Shown: positions 9,213 to 19,167 of the stretch, piece after piece
How positions within the stretch are numbered: the stretch's first letter is position 1
Layout: each line of letters starts with the position of its first letter
NCBI GenBank assembly: GCA_049700215.1
Contig: JBNAVT010000004.1
Coordinates: 39,587 to 94,352, forward strand
Direction of reading: 5' to 3'
DNA from: Thermoproteota archaeon
Lineage (GTDB): Archaea > Thermoproteota > EX4484-205 > JAAOZP01
DNA: 54,766 bases
The notes under the pieces: model-generated
Database searches by the model: none
What the model saw: only the letters and a program-made list of their open reading frames with translations
What the model was told of the DNA's origin: nothing
Position numbers and translations under genes: made by a program

Positions 9213-12194
9213 TTAAGCGCACGCTTTCTCGTAAATAAATACCTCAGCCTTATCCATCCCGAACGGTTTTAAAACATACTCATCCGTCCAATGCCTCTCA
9301 TCCTCAAAAGTCTCCGGCCCTATGTACAGGGGGTCTCCCCCCGCGTAGTGCAGCGGTCCGAAAGCATTTCTCAGATTTCCAACTATCCTCACCTTAAGCT
9401 GGTTACTCCCCCTCCTTACGAGCCTAGTCACATCCAGCGTGAAAGGATGCGTGAAGACCTTGCCAGCCTCCTGCCCGTTTAGATAGACTACGGCGAGCGA
9501 AGCCCTTAAGCCATCCAGCCTGAGGATAAACGTCCTACCGCCAGGGTCTTCATCGTATTGAAACTCTTTGCTCAACTCGAACGAGCCGACGTAAAACGGG
9601 TAGCCCTTTCTAGTCAGGTCACCGGTTTCAACCGGGACATGCTCTTCAACAACCACCGGGTTTCCCCCCGGGGGAAGCTCAACCCCGAATTCCCCGATTA
9701 GAAAAATGTTCTCCATCTCAGGCTCAATCCCGACTAGCCCTTCAAGCTCAACCTCGTTCTTACCCTCGCTTAAATACTCCGTCACGCTCATCACCCGGAG
9801 ACAATCGTCAATCCAGTGTCCCTCATCCCTCCAGAGAACATTTTTCCCGTTTATCCTCATCTTGAACAGGTGCGGCGTCTCAACGGCCAGCATAATCCCT
9901 TTTCCGAGAGGAGTGGTTTTTAACTCGAAATCAAACTTTAAAGTAAACCTCGTTCCAACACCTTCCGCAACAATCTGTTTTCTAGCCTTGCAAAGAGGCA
10001 TTTTTTCACTCCACTCGCCACCCGTCCTGTATCTACAGTAGTCTAAAACCAGAACATTAGGGTTAATCCGCCTAATATTCCAGCCTGCAGACAGGCGTAT
10101 TTCCGAGATTTTTCTAGGCGGGCTAGATAGACTCTTCGGCTTCCCCGGAGAAAAGGCAAGCAGGAGCGAGGAAACCGGTTCAAAAACATGCTCCAGATAC
10201 GTCCAGCCGTTCTCCAAATATCCTTCAAGCTCCGATATTGAGCCGCCAAGCGTATCCAAAAGTTTAATGCTGAAAGAACCTGGGAGCCCTATTCTAGCGT
10301 TCACAGCCCTATCCCTGCTCACGTTGAAAACGAACAGAACCATATCGCCAGCATCATCCCTCCTCAAATGGTATAGAAGGTTACCTTCCTCATCACCATC
10401 TATTTTCAAAGTTTTATGGTTGATCAAAACGTTGCTCAGAGACCCCTCGCTATAATCCTCTTTAACAGTGCTCCTATTTATGAGCTCAGCCAGCTCCATG
10501 CTCGGCTTCCCGTCAACCAGGCTTGGAAGCGGTTTAACGAACACTAATTCTCCTCCGGAGTCTTTAAACTTCCTTAAAAGCTTAACCGTGCTTCCAGCAA
10601 GCGTCAAGCAAGGCGGTACAACCACGACATCGTAGGAAGCATATCCAACCTTTAACCTCGAGCCCTCAACGCTAGCATGTTTCTCCATAAGCATCTCGTC
10701 GCCGAGGTCGAAGTCAACGTGTAGTTTCAGAAGGGACGTTAGCAGCCCTTTAAGCTGGCCATCCAGCAGCTTCACAGTAGAATCGTTTAGCGGAGAATAG
10801 CTTGCCCAAGCGCTTCCAATAGAGTGGATTACGAGCACGTTCACGACCCTCCTCCCCCTGGAAAGCACGTAGCAAAGTCTTGAAAAATGATCCTCCATAT
10901 GCTCGTTGTAATCCCACCATGGTTGACCCCAGTGGAAGTTCAACCCGTAGTCCCTTTTCCTCCTACCCCTCATCGAGTAGGGAACCAGGTGGTGGCACAT
11001 CAGGTTCACACCCATTGTTATAAGCCAGTCGCCAATCCACTTCCTGTCTTCGAAACTAGGGTAGTTACCTGTGCAACCATAGACCTCGCAAAGAACCCTT
11101 TCTTTTCCAAGCTGGTTCGCCGCCGATGAAACCTGTTTAGCAGTCAGCAGGCTCCCCCAGACATGCATACCCAAGTGATCTATTCCAGGAACATGCTGAT
11201 ACTCGTAGTGAGGCATGGCCGCACCTATGCGGATTGTTTGTCCAAGAAGGTCGTCCTCGCTCAAGTAGTGCCCAGTAAACTCCAGATTGTTCCTGCCGCA
11301 CCACTCGTACACCTGTTTTGAGAAAGACTTTAGGAAAAGCAGGGTGACGGTCCTCCAGAAGTCATACCGCACCTTCATGTAGTCGCCAACATCGAAGAAA
11401 AGCTTTGGAAGATGATCTATTAAATCATACCCGTTGACCTCCCTGAACTTCTCCGGAAGCCCGTCGGTCCAGGGCACTGAGAACGGGGGTATCCTGGGCC
11501 CTCTTGGAGGCATTGCTTGCCTCGGAGGCGGCCTGCTGGATGAGAAGTTCGGCTCATCCGTGAAAACCCCTGGAACAGTCTTTCCAACATGCTTCTTAAA
11601 ACGGTCGACGTAAGGCTTGTAAGCCAGGTTTAAGAATTGCTCGACCGTCTCGTAATCAAGAAGGTCGACGTAGCACGAGCTGTTGTACCAGGCCTCTCCG
11701 AGTGGCGCCACGTATTTCAGAAAGGTCAGATAGAGCCTCCCCGAATCCGCCTTCTCCTCGAAAACCCTCTTAAATTCCCTGGGAACCCCGTTCCCATTTA
11801 AAAAGCATTCGAAGCCCGCTATGACGTCCTCCCCCTCATAGGTTCTCGTGTCAACCATCATAACCAGTGCCTTAGCCCTATGCTTAGAGCTTGAGAAAGG
11901 GACAAGGCCTCCCGCGAAGCCGGAGGGCCACCAGAGCTCGTCGTAAATCCAGATGAACATGCCGTTTTCCTCCGCCTCCTCAACGGCAGCTCCGAAAGCA
12001 TCGAACCATTCCTTGCTCAGGAACGGTGTGACGAGGCCCTCTCTAGCGTGAAAGAACGCGCCCCCGTATCCAGCCCTGCCCAGGGACCGAACCTCCTCCC
12101 TAACTTTATCCTCAGTTAACAGATCGTTTATCGACCAGAATGGGGCGCCTTTAAAGGTTGAAACGGGTTTTCTAAATTCATTTTCTTCTATCAT
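9213..12194 (-). CDS. GH106-like glycoside hydrolase (alpha-L-rhamnosidase family)
   Basis: PFWSIN..GYGGAFFHAREGL..WIYDELWWPSGFAGG, FTDEP, VPGIDHL, LCEVYG; C-terminal beta-sandwich; start 12194 chosen from BRE/TATA at 12221-12234. Confidence 0.8.
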   Translation of the reverse strand: MIEENEFRKPVSTFKGAPFWSINDLLTEDKVREEVRSLGRAGYGGAFFHAREGLVTPFLSKEWFDAFGAAVEEAEENGMFIWIYDELWWPSGFAGGLVPFSSSKHRAKALVMMVDTRTYEGEDVIAGFECFLNGNGVPREFKRVFEEKADSGRLYLTFLKYVAPLGEAWYNSSCYVDLLDYETVEQFLNLAYKPYVDRFKKHVGKTVPGVFTDEPNFSSSRPPPRQAMPPRGPRIPPFSVPWTDGLPEKFREVNGYDLIDHLPKLFFDVGDYMKVRYDFWRTVTLLFLKSFSKQVYEWCGRNNLEFTGHYLSEDDLLGQTIRIGAAMPHYEYQHVPGIDHLGMHVWGSLLTAKQVSSAANQLGKERVLCEVYGCTGNYPSFEDRKWIGDWLITMGVNLMCHHLVPYSMRGRRKRDYGLNFHWGQPWWDYNEHMEDHFSRLCYVLSRGRRVVNVLVIHSIGSAWASYSPLNDSTVKLLDGQLKGLLTSLLKLHVDFDLGDEMLMEKHASVEGSRLKVGYASYDVVVVPPCLTLAGSTVKLLRKFKDSGGELVFVKPLPSLVDGKPSMELAELINRSTVKEDYSEGSLSNVLINHKTLKIDGDEEGNLLYHLRRDDAGDMVLFVFNVSRDRAVNARIGLPGSFSIKLLDTLGGSISELEGYLENGWTYLEHVFEPVSSLLLAFSPGKPKSLSSPPRKISEIRLSAGWNIRRINPNVLVLDYCRYRTGGEWSEKMPLCKARKQIVAEGVGTRFTLKFDFELKTTPLGKGIMLAVETPHLFKMRINGKNVLWRDEGHWIDDCLRVMSVTEYLSEGKNEVELEGLVGIEPEMENIFLIGEFGVELPPGGNPVVVEEHVPVETGDLTRKGYPFYVGSFELSKEFQYDEDPGGRTFILRLDGLRASLAVVYLNGQEAGKVFTHPFTLDVTRLVRRGSNQLKVRIVGNLRNAFGPLHYAGGDPLYIGPETFEDERHWTDEYVLKPFGMDKAEVFIYEKACA
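9216..9225. repeat. Decayed A(GC)nT motif AGCGCACGCT forming the last codons of the GH gene
   Basis: One transition away from AGCGCGCGCT; directly adjacent to the TAA stop. Confidence 0.55.
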
Positions 12195-12350
12195 TTCAGC
12201 CTGACGGTTGTTAAAGGAGTTATTTAACTTTTTCAAGAGAAGGAAGGAGAATCCATAGGCAAGCAGGAGTCGAGTGATGATGAATTAGGGTTGCCGTTTG
12301 AAGATGGAAACGTTTATATGTTGACGAATAGTCTGTTAAGGCGAAAAGCG

Positions 12351-14948
12351 TTGAATAAGGCAAGCATAATATTGGGCTTTTTAACAATCTTAATAATATG
12401 CTCAGCGACACCATGTGTGTTTACGAGTGTAGCCGGTGACGACGTACCCTTGTACACTAGACAGTTTTCCCCGACAGGCGACGCTCTAGTTGCAGGAGGA
12501 ACTTTTAGCGGCAATAATTACGGCTCGCTCACCCGCATAGGAATCAGCGCTGGTTTAAGCGAGAGTCAAGTCTGGCGGTCCTTCATAAAGTTCGATCTGA
12601 ACACGATTCCCCCGGGCTCAGTAATCGTTTCAGCCAACTTGATGCTATTCATGTACCAGGCTCCTGTTTCAAGCAGAACACTAGTATGCGATCTTGTTAA
12701 CGCAGACGGCTGGGACGAGGGGACAATCACCTGGAACAATCAACCTCCAGCCATGGTTTCAGTATCATCCATAACAGTCGGCACTGCTTCAAACGTTTGG
12801 CTTAGTGTAAACGTAAAGAGCTCTGTTGAAAAGTTTGCATCTAAGGATACTGCTGGCGCGATGCCGAACTTCGGTTGGAGGCTTAAGGACAGCACGGAAT
12901 CAGCCGCTTCCCAGATTTATTGGTACATGTATTCTAAGGAACATACTGACTCGAGTAAGCGTCCCTACCTTGAAGTCAAGTATTATCCTCCACATCTTGA
13001 GCTTAGTCTTGCAAGCAGCTCTATTCAGGCTGGAAACTGGGTTAAGATGACTGTTTACCGGAAAACCTATAGTGGTGAGCCCGTAACTCGCGGGGATTTA
13101 AAGGTTAAGCTTAGCTCAACCTCAACCTCAGCCAACAAGAAGTTCTCCCTAACCCAGGGTGGGCCGGCGATAACCGAGCTAACAATATCTGAATCCGATG
13201 GAAATTTCAAAGAATTCTGGTATTATGATGAGAAGGCTGGAACATGGGACATTCACGTTTGGACAGACGATTACATGTATATTACTTGGAGCGGCAGCTA
13301 CATAATTCTCGTACCTAATTATGGTGATGACACTGAACAGTTGACCGTCAAGCCTGGACCGCTTGACCATTTCACATTCGACACAGTGTCTTCTCCAAAA
13401 CAGGTTGCAGTACCGTTTTCAATAACCATTACTGCTTATGATGCTTACGGCAACGTTAAGACCGACTACACTGGGACGAACTCACTTTCAGACACTACTG
13501 GAACCATTGAGCCGAAGGTGACCGGTGCTTTCGTAAACGGGAAGTGGACAGGCATGGTCTCCATAAGCAAGATATGGGACAGCGTCAAGATAACTACGAG
13601 CGGAGCGGGAAAGACCGGTGAAAGCAACCTTTTCAACGTGAGAGCAGGTCCTCCGGAGAAGCTTGCCTTAACGCCTTCGAGCTTCACTATGGCTGCTGGA
13701 GTAGCATACCCCAGCCTTAACGTCTCTCTCAGGGACGCTAACGGCTTTGAAACAACCAGCACCACGGCGATACTCGTGAGCCTTTCAACAACATCGCCAG
13801 AGGGAGAGTTCAGGCAGCCGGGGACAACAACCAGGATAACTAGCGTAGTAATTCCAGCAGGTTCAAGCACGGCGAATGTAGACTATTACGATGTAAAGGG
13901 AGGAGTATGGATCTTAACAGCCTCAGCCACAGGCTTAACACCCGGGACAGCGACCGTCACAGTGATACCTGACACAACACCGCCAGTCACAACGATAAAC
14001 TACAGTCCTAAGTATTCGAGAGACGGAACAACTTATGTTTCAGGCTCTACTTTGTTCGAGCTTTCGGCGACAGACGATGCGAGCGGAGTTAAACAGACCA
14101 AGTATAGGGTTGACGGCGGCTCTTGGAACACTTATACAGCAAGCTTCACCCTCTCAACACTTTCAGACGGGCCCCACGCAATAGGATACTGCAGTATCGA
14201 TAGGGCTGACAACAATGAGGCTGAGAAAACACTGTCTGTAATCCTGGACAATACTCCTCCGGCAACAAGCGGTGCTTCACCTACTGGAAGCCTCGTCCTG
14301 GGCTCAACATCCGTAAAGTTCACCGTCAGGGCTGAGGACGCTGGCTCAGGAGTAAAGGAGGTTAGGCTTACTGTCGACGGAATTCCCCAGGGAACCATGA
14401 CGGGCAGAAGCGAATATTCTAAGACGATAACCCTCTCGGAGGGCAGCCACAATTGGAGCGTCGAGGCAGTTGACAACCTGGATAATGCAGCGTCTTGGAG
14501 CGGGACCTTCACGCTTACAGTAGATAATGCCCCGCCCATAGTCACAGGCTTATCGGCCCCCTCAAACCCTGTCTTCGGAGAACCAGCAGCAATAACATGC
14601 CAGGTTTCAGACGCGGCTTCAGGAGTAAAGGAGGCCACCATTTATTACTCGACGGACGGAGGCGCCTCCTGGACAAGGGTCACCATGGTTCCTCAAGGAG
14701 GGGTTTACACGGGTTCCATACCTTCCCAAATGTTCTTCAAAGAAGTCCAGTACTATGTTGAAGCAGTCGACAATGTTGGCAACGAGACTAGAACACCCGT
14801 GTCAAAATACACGGTAGGCATACCTATTTGGCTCTACTTGGCTGTCTTAGCTCTAGTCATCGTCATAATTGCCGTACTGCTACTGAGAAGAAGAAAGCCT
14901 TCCTACGCTCCACAACTCCCTCCGCCTCCTCCACCCCCACCAGCATAG
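12351..14948 (+). CDS. Membrane-anchored surface protein: signal peptide, DNRLRE/CBM96-like domain, several Ig-like domains, C-terminal TM and poly-Pro tail
   Basis: RSFIKFDL..IP.GS.I.SA.L and WDEGTITWNNQP; repeated DxxPP...DxxSGVK...AVDNxGN units; LYLAVLALVIVIIAVLLLRRRK then PPPPPPP; TTG 12351 fits TATA at 12313. Confidence 0.78.
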   Translation: MNKASIILGFLTILIICSATPCVFTSVAGDDVPLYTRQFSPTGDALVAGGTFSGNNYGSLTRIGISAGLSESQVWRSFIKFDLNTIPPGSVIVSANLMLFMYQAPVSSRTLVCDLVNADGWDEGTITWNNQPPAMVSVSSITVGTASNVWLSVNVKSSVEKFASKDTAGAMPNFGWRLKDSTESAASQIYWYMYSKEHTDSSKRPYLEVKYYPPHLELSLASSSIQAGNWVKMTVYRKTYSGEPVTRGDLKVKLSSTSTSANKKFSLTQGGPAITELTISESDGNFKEFWYYDEKAGTWDIHVWTDDYMYITWSGSYIILVPNYGDDTEQLTVKPGPLDHFTFDTVSSPKQVAVPFSITITAYDAYGNVKTDYTGTNSLSDTTGTIEPKVTGAFVNGKWTGMVSISKIWDSVKITTSGAGKTGESNLFNVRAGPPEKLALTPSSFTMAAGVAYPSLNVSLRDANGFETTSTTAILVSLSTTSPEGEFRQPGTTTRITSVVIPAGSSTANVDYYDVKGGVWILTASATGLTPGTATVTVIPDTTPPVTTINYSPKYSRDGTTYVSGSTLFELSATDDASGVKQTKYRVDGGSWNTYTASFTLSTLSDGPHAIGYCSIDRADNNEAEKTLSVILDNTPPATSGASPTGSLVLGSTSVKFTVRAEDAGSGVKEVRLTVDGIPQGTMTGRSEYSKTITLSEGSHNWSVEAVDNLDNAASWSGTFTLTVDNAPPIVTGLSAPSNPVFGEPAAITCQVSDAASGVKEATIYYSTDGGASWTRVTMVPQGGVYTGSIPSQMFFKEVQYYVEAVDNVGNETRTPVSKYTVGIPIWLYLAVLALVIVIIAVLLLRRRKPSYAPQLPPPPPPPPA

Positions 14949-15051
14949 CAGGGATATAAGCCCGTAGAAAGTGGGGAATTTTAGTCTTAACCTTAAAGAA
15001 GCTTGGAAGGAAGCTTAATATATGTTTTTAACAAGACAAAACAATATAGAG

Positions 15052-15846
15052 ATGGATACGGATAGGATCGCGGGCATAGCACTGGGCCTGGTTATAATTC
15101 TAGCGATGTTCCTACTGCCGTTCGGCTCCTTCATGCTCCCCTCCGGCCAGACTGGAGAAACAACCTTGTTCAGCATGGTAGCCCAATTCGTTCAAAACAT
15201 TGCAAACGGCGTGCAGCAGCCCATGAACCTATTAATCTACGAAATAATTATTCTAGCATCATTCATAATCCTGATTGCTGCCGGAGCCCTCGGGCTATAC
15301 CCGTTGCGCTCCGGCGTCATAGGCATCCTTGGAATAATACTCGTAACCACAGTAACAGTCTTCAACCCTGTACTCGGCTTCAACACGCCGAGCTACGGAG
15401 CCGGCTACTTCATAGTCTGGGTAGCCTCTGTAGCAGCAATAGTAATAGGCAAGTTTAGGCCTACTGCGAGGAGGAAGGTCGCGGCGGCGGTGTCCCAACC
15501 TCCTCCGGAGGAGATTGTTGAAACATCCAGCCCACCCATGGATCTTTTTAAGCCATTATCGAGCGAGGAGGAGACGCAAACCCCTTCGGAGGAACCCTCT
15601 CCAGCATCCGAGCCGACGGCCAGCACACCCTCCCTACCAGTCGGCCTGAACGTTATTGAGGAGGAGATTACGAGAATCAGGGCTTTTCTAGTTGTGTTGG
15701 AGGATGAGAAGAAGGATAACATAATATCGGGAGAAGCATACGACAGGTTGAGCACGAGGCTTCGAAAAATGCTTGACGAATTGGAAGCAGAAAGGAAAAT
15801 CATGCTGAACAGGTTGAGCGAGAAAAGCTCTTCCCAGCCGAGCTGA
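15052..15846 (+). CDS. Hypothetical membrane protein (4 TM, acidic Pro/Ser linker, C-terminal coiled coil)
   Basis: Hydropathy pattern; EEEITRIRAFL..LEDEKKDNIISGEAYDRL coiled segment; TATA at 15014-15022. Confidence 0.7.
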   Translation: MDTDRIAGIALGLVIILAMFLLPFGSFMLPSGQTGETTLFSMVAQFVQNIANGVQQPMNLLIYEIIILASFIILIAAGALGLYPLRSGVIGILGIILVTTVTVFNPVLGFNTPSYGAGYFIVWVASVAAIVIGKFRPTARRKVAAAVSQPPPEEIVETSSPPMDLFKPLSSEEETQTPSEEPSPASEPTASTPSLPVGLNVIEEEITRIRAFLVVLEDEKKDNIISGEAYDRLSTRLRKMLDELEAERKIMLNRLSEKSSSQPS

Positions 15847-16007
15847 CTCGATTCTAACGGGAAAATACCGGCATGCCGGTTAGCGGGCACGAGAAACCCG
15901 CTTGCCGGAGAGGTGACCGCGATTCTTGAGCCCACTGTCCAACAGTAGTCTCAGCTGGCGCAAACCAGCAACCATTAATAATCCTTTTCCCTCCGGATAA
16001 TAGAAGC

Positions 16008-17015
16008 ATGAAGCAGGAGGGAGGTGTGGGGAAGAGGGTTTTAATAGTTTGCCAGTTAGCACTAGGCCTACTCATCCTGATAATCCTGCTTCAGCAGGCA
16101 AATGTCGAAGAGACTTTTAAAACCCTGCTCTATGCTGATGCTAAATACGTCTTAGCTGGCTCCCTCCTTATACTGGCTGCCTCAACAATGATAGCGCTAT
16201 CCTTCTACTTTATCCTATCATCCTTAAAATACAAAGCTGGGCTTTCAAGCTGTATCCAAGCAAACTTCGCAGGCCAGTTGGCGAGTGATCTTACACCCGG
16301 GCGTGCAGGATACTTCATAACCCCGTTCGTAATGGAGGCACTTAGCGAAACCCCTTTCGAAGCATGCTTAGTGGCAACTGTCCTATCGGGCATGGTTGAC
16401 TTCATCATAAGGGCTTTCCTGACAATAGTCTCAATAGTATACCTAATCGGCCCAGTCGAATCTATTTCCGGAGTTCAATTGATTGTTGTTTTAAGCGCCA
16501 TAATTCTAGCAGCCAGCGCCCTAGGCTTCGCAGTGCTCCTCTGGTCCGATAAGCCTAGGAAACTCATACTGAGGCTAAGCTCGTTCAGGACCCTAGGCAG
16601 ATTCCTAAACCCTTACTTGAAGATGGTTGAAAACCTTCAGAAGGAGGGTGTTAAGGCTAAGAGGGCTCTGGGGCCGGTTGTTCTGGCCATGTTTTCAACA
16701 TCAATCCTAGACTCGATGGCCCTCTACTTTTTCTCCCTCTCCGTCGGGGTTGAGTTAAACCCAGCGTTATTCATCTTCATATACTCGCTTGTTTCAAGCT
16801 TCACCTATCTGCCTTTAACCCTAGCCGGCATAGGTGTGCAGGAAGGCGTTTTAGCAGCCTTGTTACATTTGTTCAGCGTGCCTCTTTCGCACGGCGTATC
16901 CGTATCGCTGCTTTTCCGATTCATATATACGGTGACTGATTTCATAGGGTTGCCGGCTCTTTTGAAGACAGGATTGGCGAAGGTTTTTAATAAAAAAGAC
17001 ATAAATAAACCCTAG
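16008..17015 (+). CDS. Lysylphosphatidylglycerol synthase TM / UPF0104 flippase-like protein
   Basis: SDLTPGRAG, LPLTLAGIGVQEG, SLLFRF motifs; polytopic membrane protein. Confidence 0.85.
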   Translation: MKQEGGVGKRVLIVCQLALGLLILIILLQQANVEETFKTLLYADAKYVLAGSLLILAASTMIALSFYFILSSLKYKAGLSSCIQANFAGQLASDLTPGRAGYFITPFVMEALSETPFEACLVATVLSGMVDFIIRAFLTIVSIVYLIGPVESISGVQLIVVLSAIILAASALGFAVLLWSDKPRKLILRLSSFRTLGRFLNPYLKMVENLQKEGVKAKRALGPVVLAMFSTSILDSMALYFFSLSVGVELNPALFIFIYSLVSSFTYLPLTLAGIGVQEGVLAALLHLFSVPLSHGVSVSLLFRFIYTVTDFIGLPALLKTGLAKVFNKKDINKP

Positions 17016-17043
17016 TGGGATTAGAGGTGTAACTCTGGGAGCA

Positions 17044-17053
17044 AGCGCGCGCT
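17044..17053. repeat. A(GC)4T palindrome (putative junction scar)
   Basis: Exact AGCGCGCGCT, intergenic. Confidence 0.8.
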
Positions 17054-17125
17054 ATCTTGGCAGCGGAGTTACAGGTATTGTTGCTTTAGCACTCTTAACA
17101 GGCATGCATATTCCGGTTTATAGAT

Positions 17126-17148
17126 CACGTGGAAAAACATTCCACGTG
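17126..17148. repeat. Perfect 9-bp inverted repeat CACGTGGAA-N5-TTCCACGTG
   Basis: Read directly from sequence; hairpin or operator, function unknown. Confidence 0.6.
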
Positions 17149-17383
17149 TCTGAACTTTCGGCTATTTCATGCCGGCAGCTTCACCGCTTTGGCAGCAAAC
17201 TTCCGGAGGAAAAACCAGGAAAACCGGCGGCAAAAAGTAAACATGACTGTGATAAACCAGCCTTAAGCACCACCTCCTCCACCCTGCCAACATGAGCAAG
17301 ACTAGAATTTTAAAAATTTCATCTGAATCGTTGAAGATAGAAATCACAATAAAGCTTAAATAATTCTCGACAGGAAACGAGGC

Positions 17384-18328
17384 ATGGCACAGTTCAGCCC
17401 TAGAGAGTTCATCAATAAGAAAACAAGCTATTTGAGAAGCGAGATAGGCGGCGAGACGAGTATAGTCGCCCTGTCCGGTGGCGTCGATAGTTCCGTGACA
17501 GCAGTGCTGGGTTTTAAGGCAGCGGGTAGAAGCCTGAAAGCAGTTTTTCTCGAAGACGGTTTTATGAGAATGGGAGAGGCTGAACGGATTAGCAGGGTCT
17601 TCAGAAACATGGGGATCAGCGTGGATGTGCATGATGTTCAGAAAGAGTTTCTAGCGGCTTTAAAAGGTATTAGGGATGCTGAGGAGAAGAGGAAAGCTTT
17701 CAGGGAAACATTCTATAAAACGTTTTCAAGGATCGCAAAAGAAGAAGGTGCCAAGATAGTTCTGCAGGGGACGATAGCGGCGGACATAGTTGAGACCGCT
17801 GGAGGGGTAAAAACCCAACATAATGTCCTTGAGCAGATAGGTATAAACCCGCTGGAGAAATATGGGTTTAAAATAGTTGAACCGTTGAAGGAGCTTTATA
17901 AGAATCAGGTCAGGATGGTTGCGAGGGAACTCGGGCTTCCCGACGAGATTGTCAACAGAAGACCTTTCCCAGGGCCGGGATTGGCGATAAGAATACTCGG
18001 CGAGGTTACGGAGGAGAAGCTTTCAGTAATAAGGAAGGCAACATCCATAGTTGACGATGAGCTTGCAGACGTAGAGTGTTTTCAAGCATTCCCAGTCCTT
18101 CTGGAGGGGAGGGCTACAGGAGTAGGCGGCGAGTCGTCTAGGAAGTACGGATATATGATCGCCCTTAGGATCGTTGAGTCTGAAGATGCTATTACTGCGA
18201 AATACGTTAGGCTAGACTGGAGCAGACTCGAGAGAATAAGGGACATCATAATTAGAGACATCCCTGAAGTATCCAGGGTGCTTTACGATGTGACTGACAA
18301 GCCTCCTGCAACCATAGAGTTTGAATGA
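17384..18328 (+). CDS. guaAB: GMP synthase subunit B (ATP pyrophosphatase subunit)
   Basis: ALSGGVDSSV PP-loop, VKTQHNV, RPFPGPGLAIR, KPPATIEFE C-terminus; no GATase domain. Confidence 0.93.
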   Translation: MAQFSPREFINKKTSYLRSEIGGETSIVALSGGVDSSVTAVLGFKAAGRSLKAVFLEDGFMRMGEAERISRVFRNMGISVDVHDVQKEFLAALKGIRDAEEKRKAFRETFYKTFSRIAKEEGAKIVLQGTIAADIVETAGGVKTQHNVLEQIGINPLEKYGFKIVEPLKELYKNQVRMVARELGLPDEIVNRRPFPGPGLAIRILGEVTEEKLSVIRKATSIVDDELADVECFQAFPVLLEGRATGVGGESSRKYGYMIALRIVESEDAITAKYVRLDWSRLERIRDIIIRDIPEVSRVLYDVTDKPPATIEFE

Positions 18329-18396
18329 CCTATTAGGGGTAAAGCTTTCCGACACTCACATTTATAAAACGGTCTTTGAATAGGTTTTCACGGAAA

Positions 18397-19167
18397 ATGG
18401 AGGAGACACCCATATTTATAAACGTCACGGGGGAGAGAATACACGGGGTCCTGCATGTTCCCGACATGACTCCCGCGCCGACAGTCGTCTTCTGCCACGG
18501 CTTCACTGGAAACAGGATTGAAGCCCACAGGCTGTTCGTGCATGCCGCTAGGAAAATGAGTAGGGAAGGGATCGTTGCAGTCAGGTTCGACTTCAGAGGG
18601 TCTGGTGAGAGCGAGGGCGAGTTTGAAAAAATGACCGTGTCCTCGGAGATCCTTGATCTGAACGCTGTCTTAAGCTTCCTTCTTGGAAGGAGCGAGGTTT
18701 CCCGCGATAAAATCGGTGTCCTGGGGTTAAGCCTAGGCGGGGCAGTCTCGATATTAACTGCTGCACGGAACCAGAGTGTGAAGGCCGTGTGCACATGGTC
18801 CTCCCCTGCTGAATTTAGACTAATTTCAGACGGGGAGAAAGCCTTTGGAATGGAATTGAAAAGCATTCTGGAAAAGGGTTACGTCGACCTGCCGAGTGGA
18901 TACAGGGTTGGCAAAGACTTCTTCACAGACGTTTTGAAGCATGACATACTGGATAGTTGTTTAAAGATTTCTCCAAGACCCCTGCTTATCATACATGGAT
19001 CAGAAGACCCTGTTGTCCCAGTTAAACACGCGCAAATGCTCTACGATAGGGCTGGAGAGCCTAAGAATCTCATAATAATAGAGGGTGCGGACCATACTTT
19101 CAGCAGGAGAGACTGGGAGGATAGAGTTATAGAGATTACGACAGAATGGTTCAAGAAAAACCTTTAA
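18397..19167 (+). CDS. Alpha/beta hydrolase (esterase/peptidase)
   Basis: CHGFTG, FDFRGSGESEG, GLSLGG nucleophile elbow, HGSEDPVVP, GADH. Confidence 0.9.
   Translation: MEETPIFINVTGERIHGVLHVPDMTPAPTVVFCHGFTGNRIEAHRLFVHAARKMSREGIVAVRFDFRGSGESEGEFEKMTVSSEILDLNAVLSFLLGRSEVSRDKIGVLGLSLGGAVSILTAARNQSVKAVCTWSSPAEFRLISDGEKAFGMELKSILEKGYVDLPSGYRVGKDFFTDVLKHDILDSCLKISPRPLLIIHGSEDPVVPVKHAQMLYDRAGEPKNLIIIEGADHTFSRRDWEDRVIEITTEWFKKNL

Noticed and set aside
17162-17632. 156-aa minus-strand ORF and the many other antisense ORFs in the track (e.g. 23130-23726, 15405-15935, 18333-18866, 14132-14641)
   Set aside because: Shadow frames of well-supported genes, with no motifs or promoter support
17384-18328. 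GMP synthase lacking its glutaminase domain
   Set aside because: Split subunits encoded apart are normal in archaea
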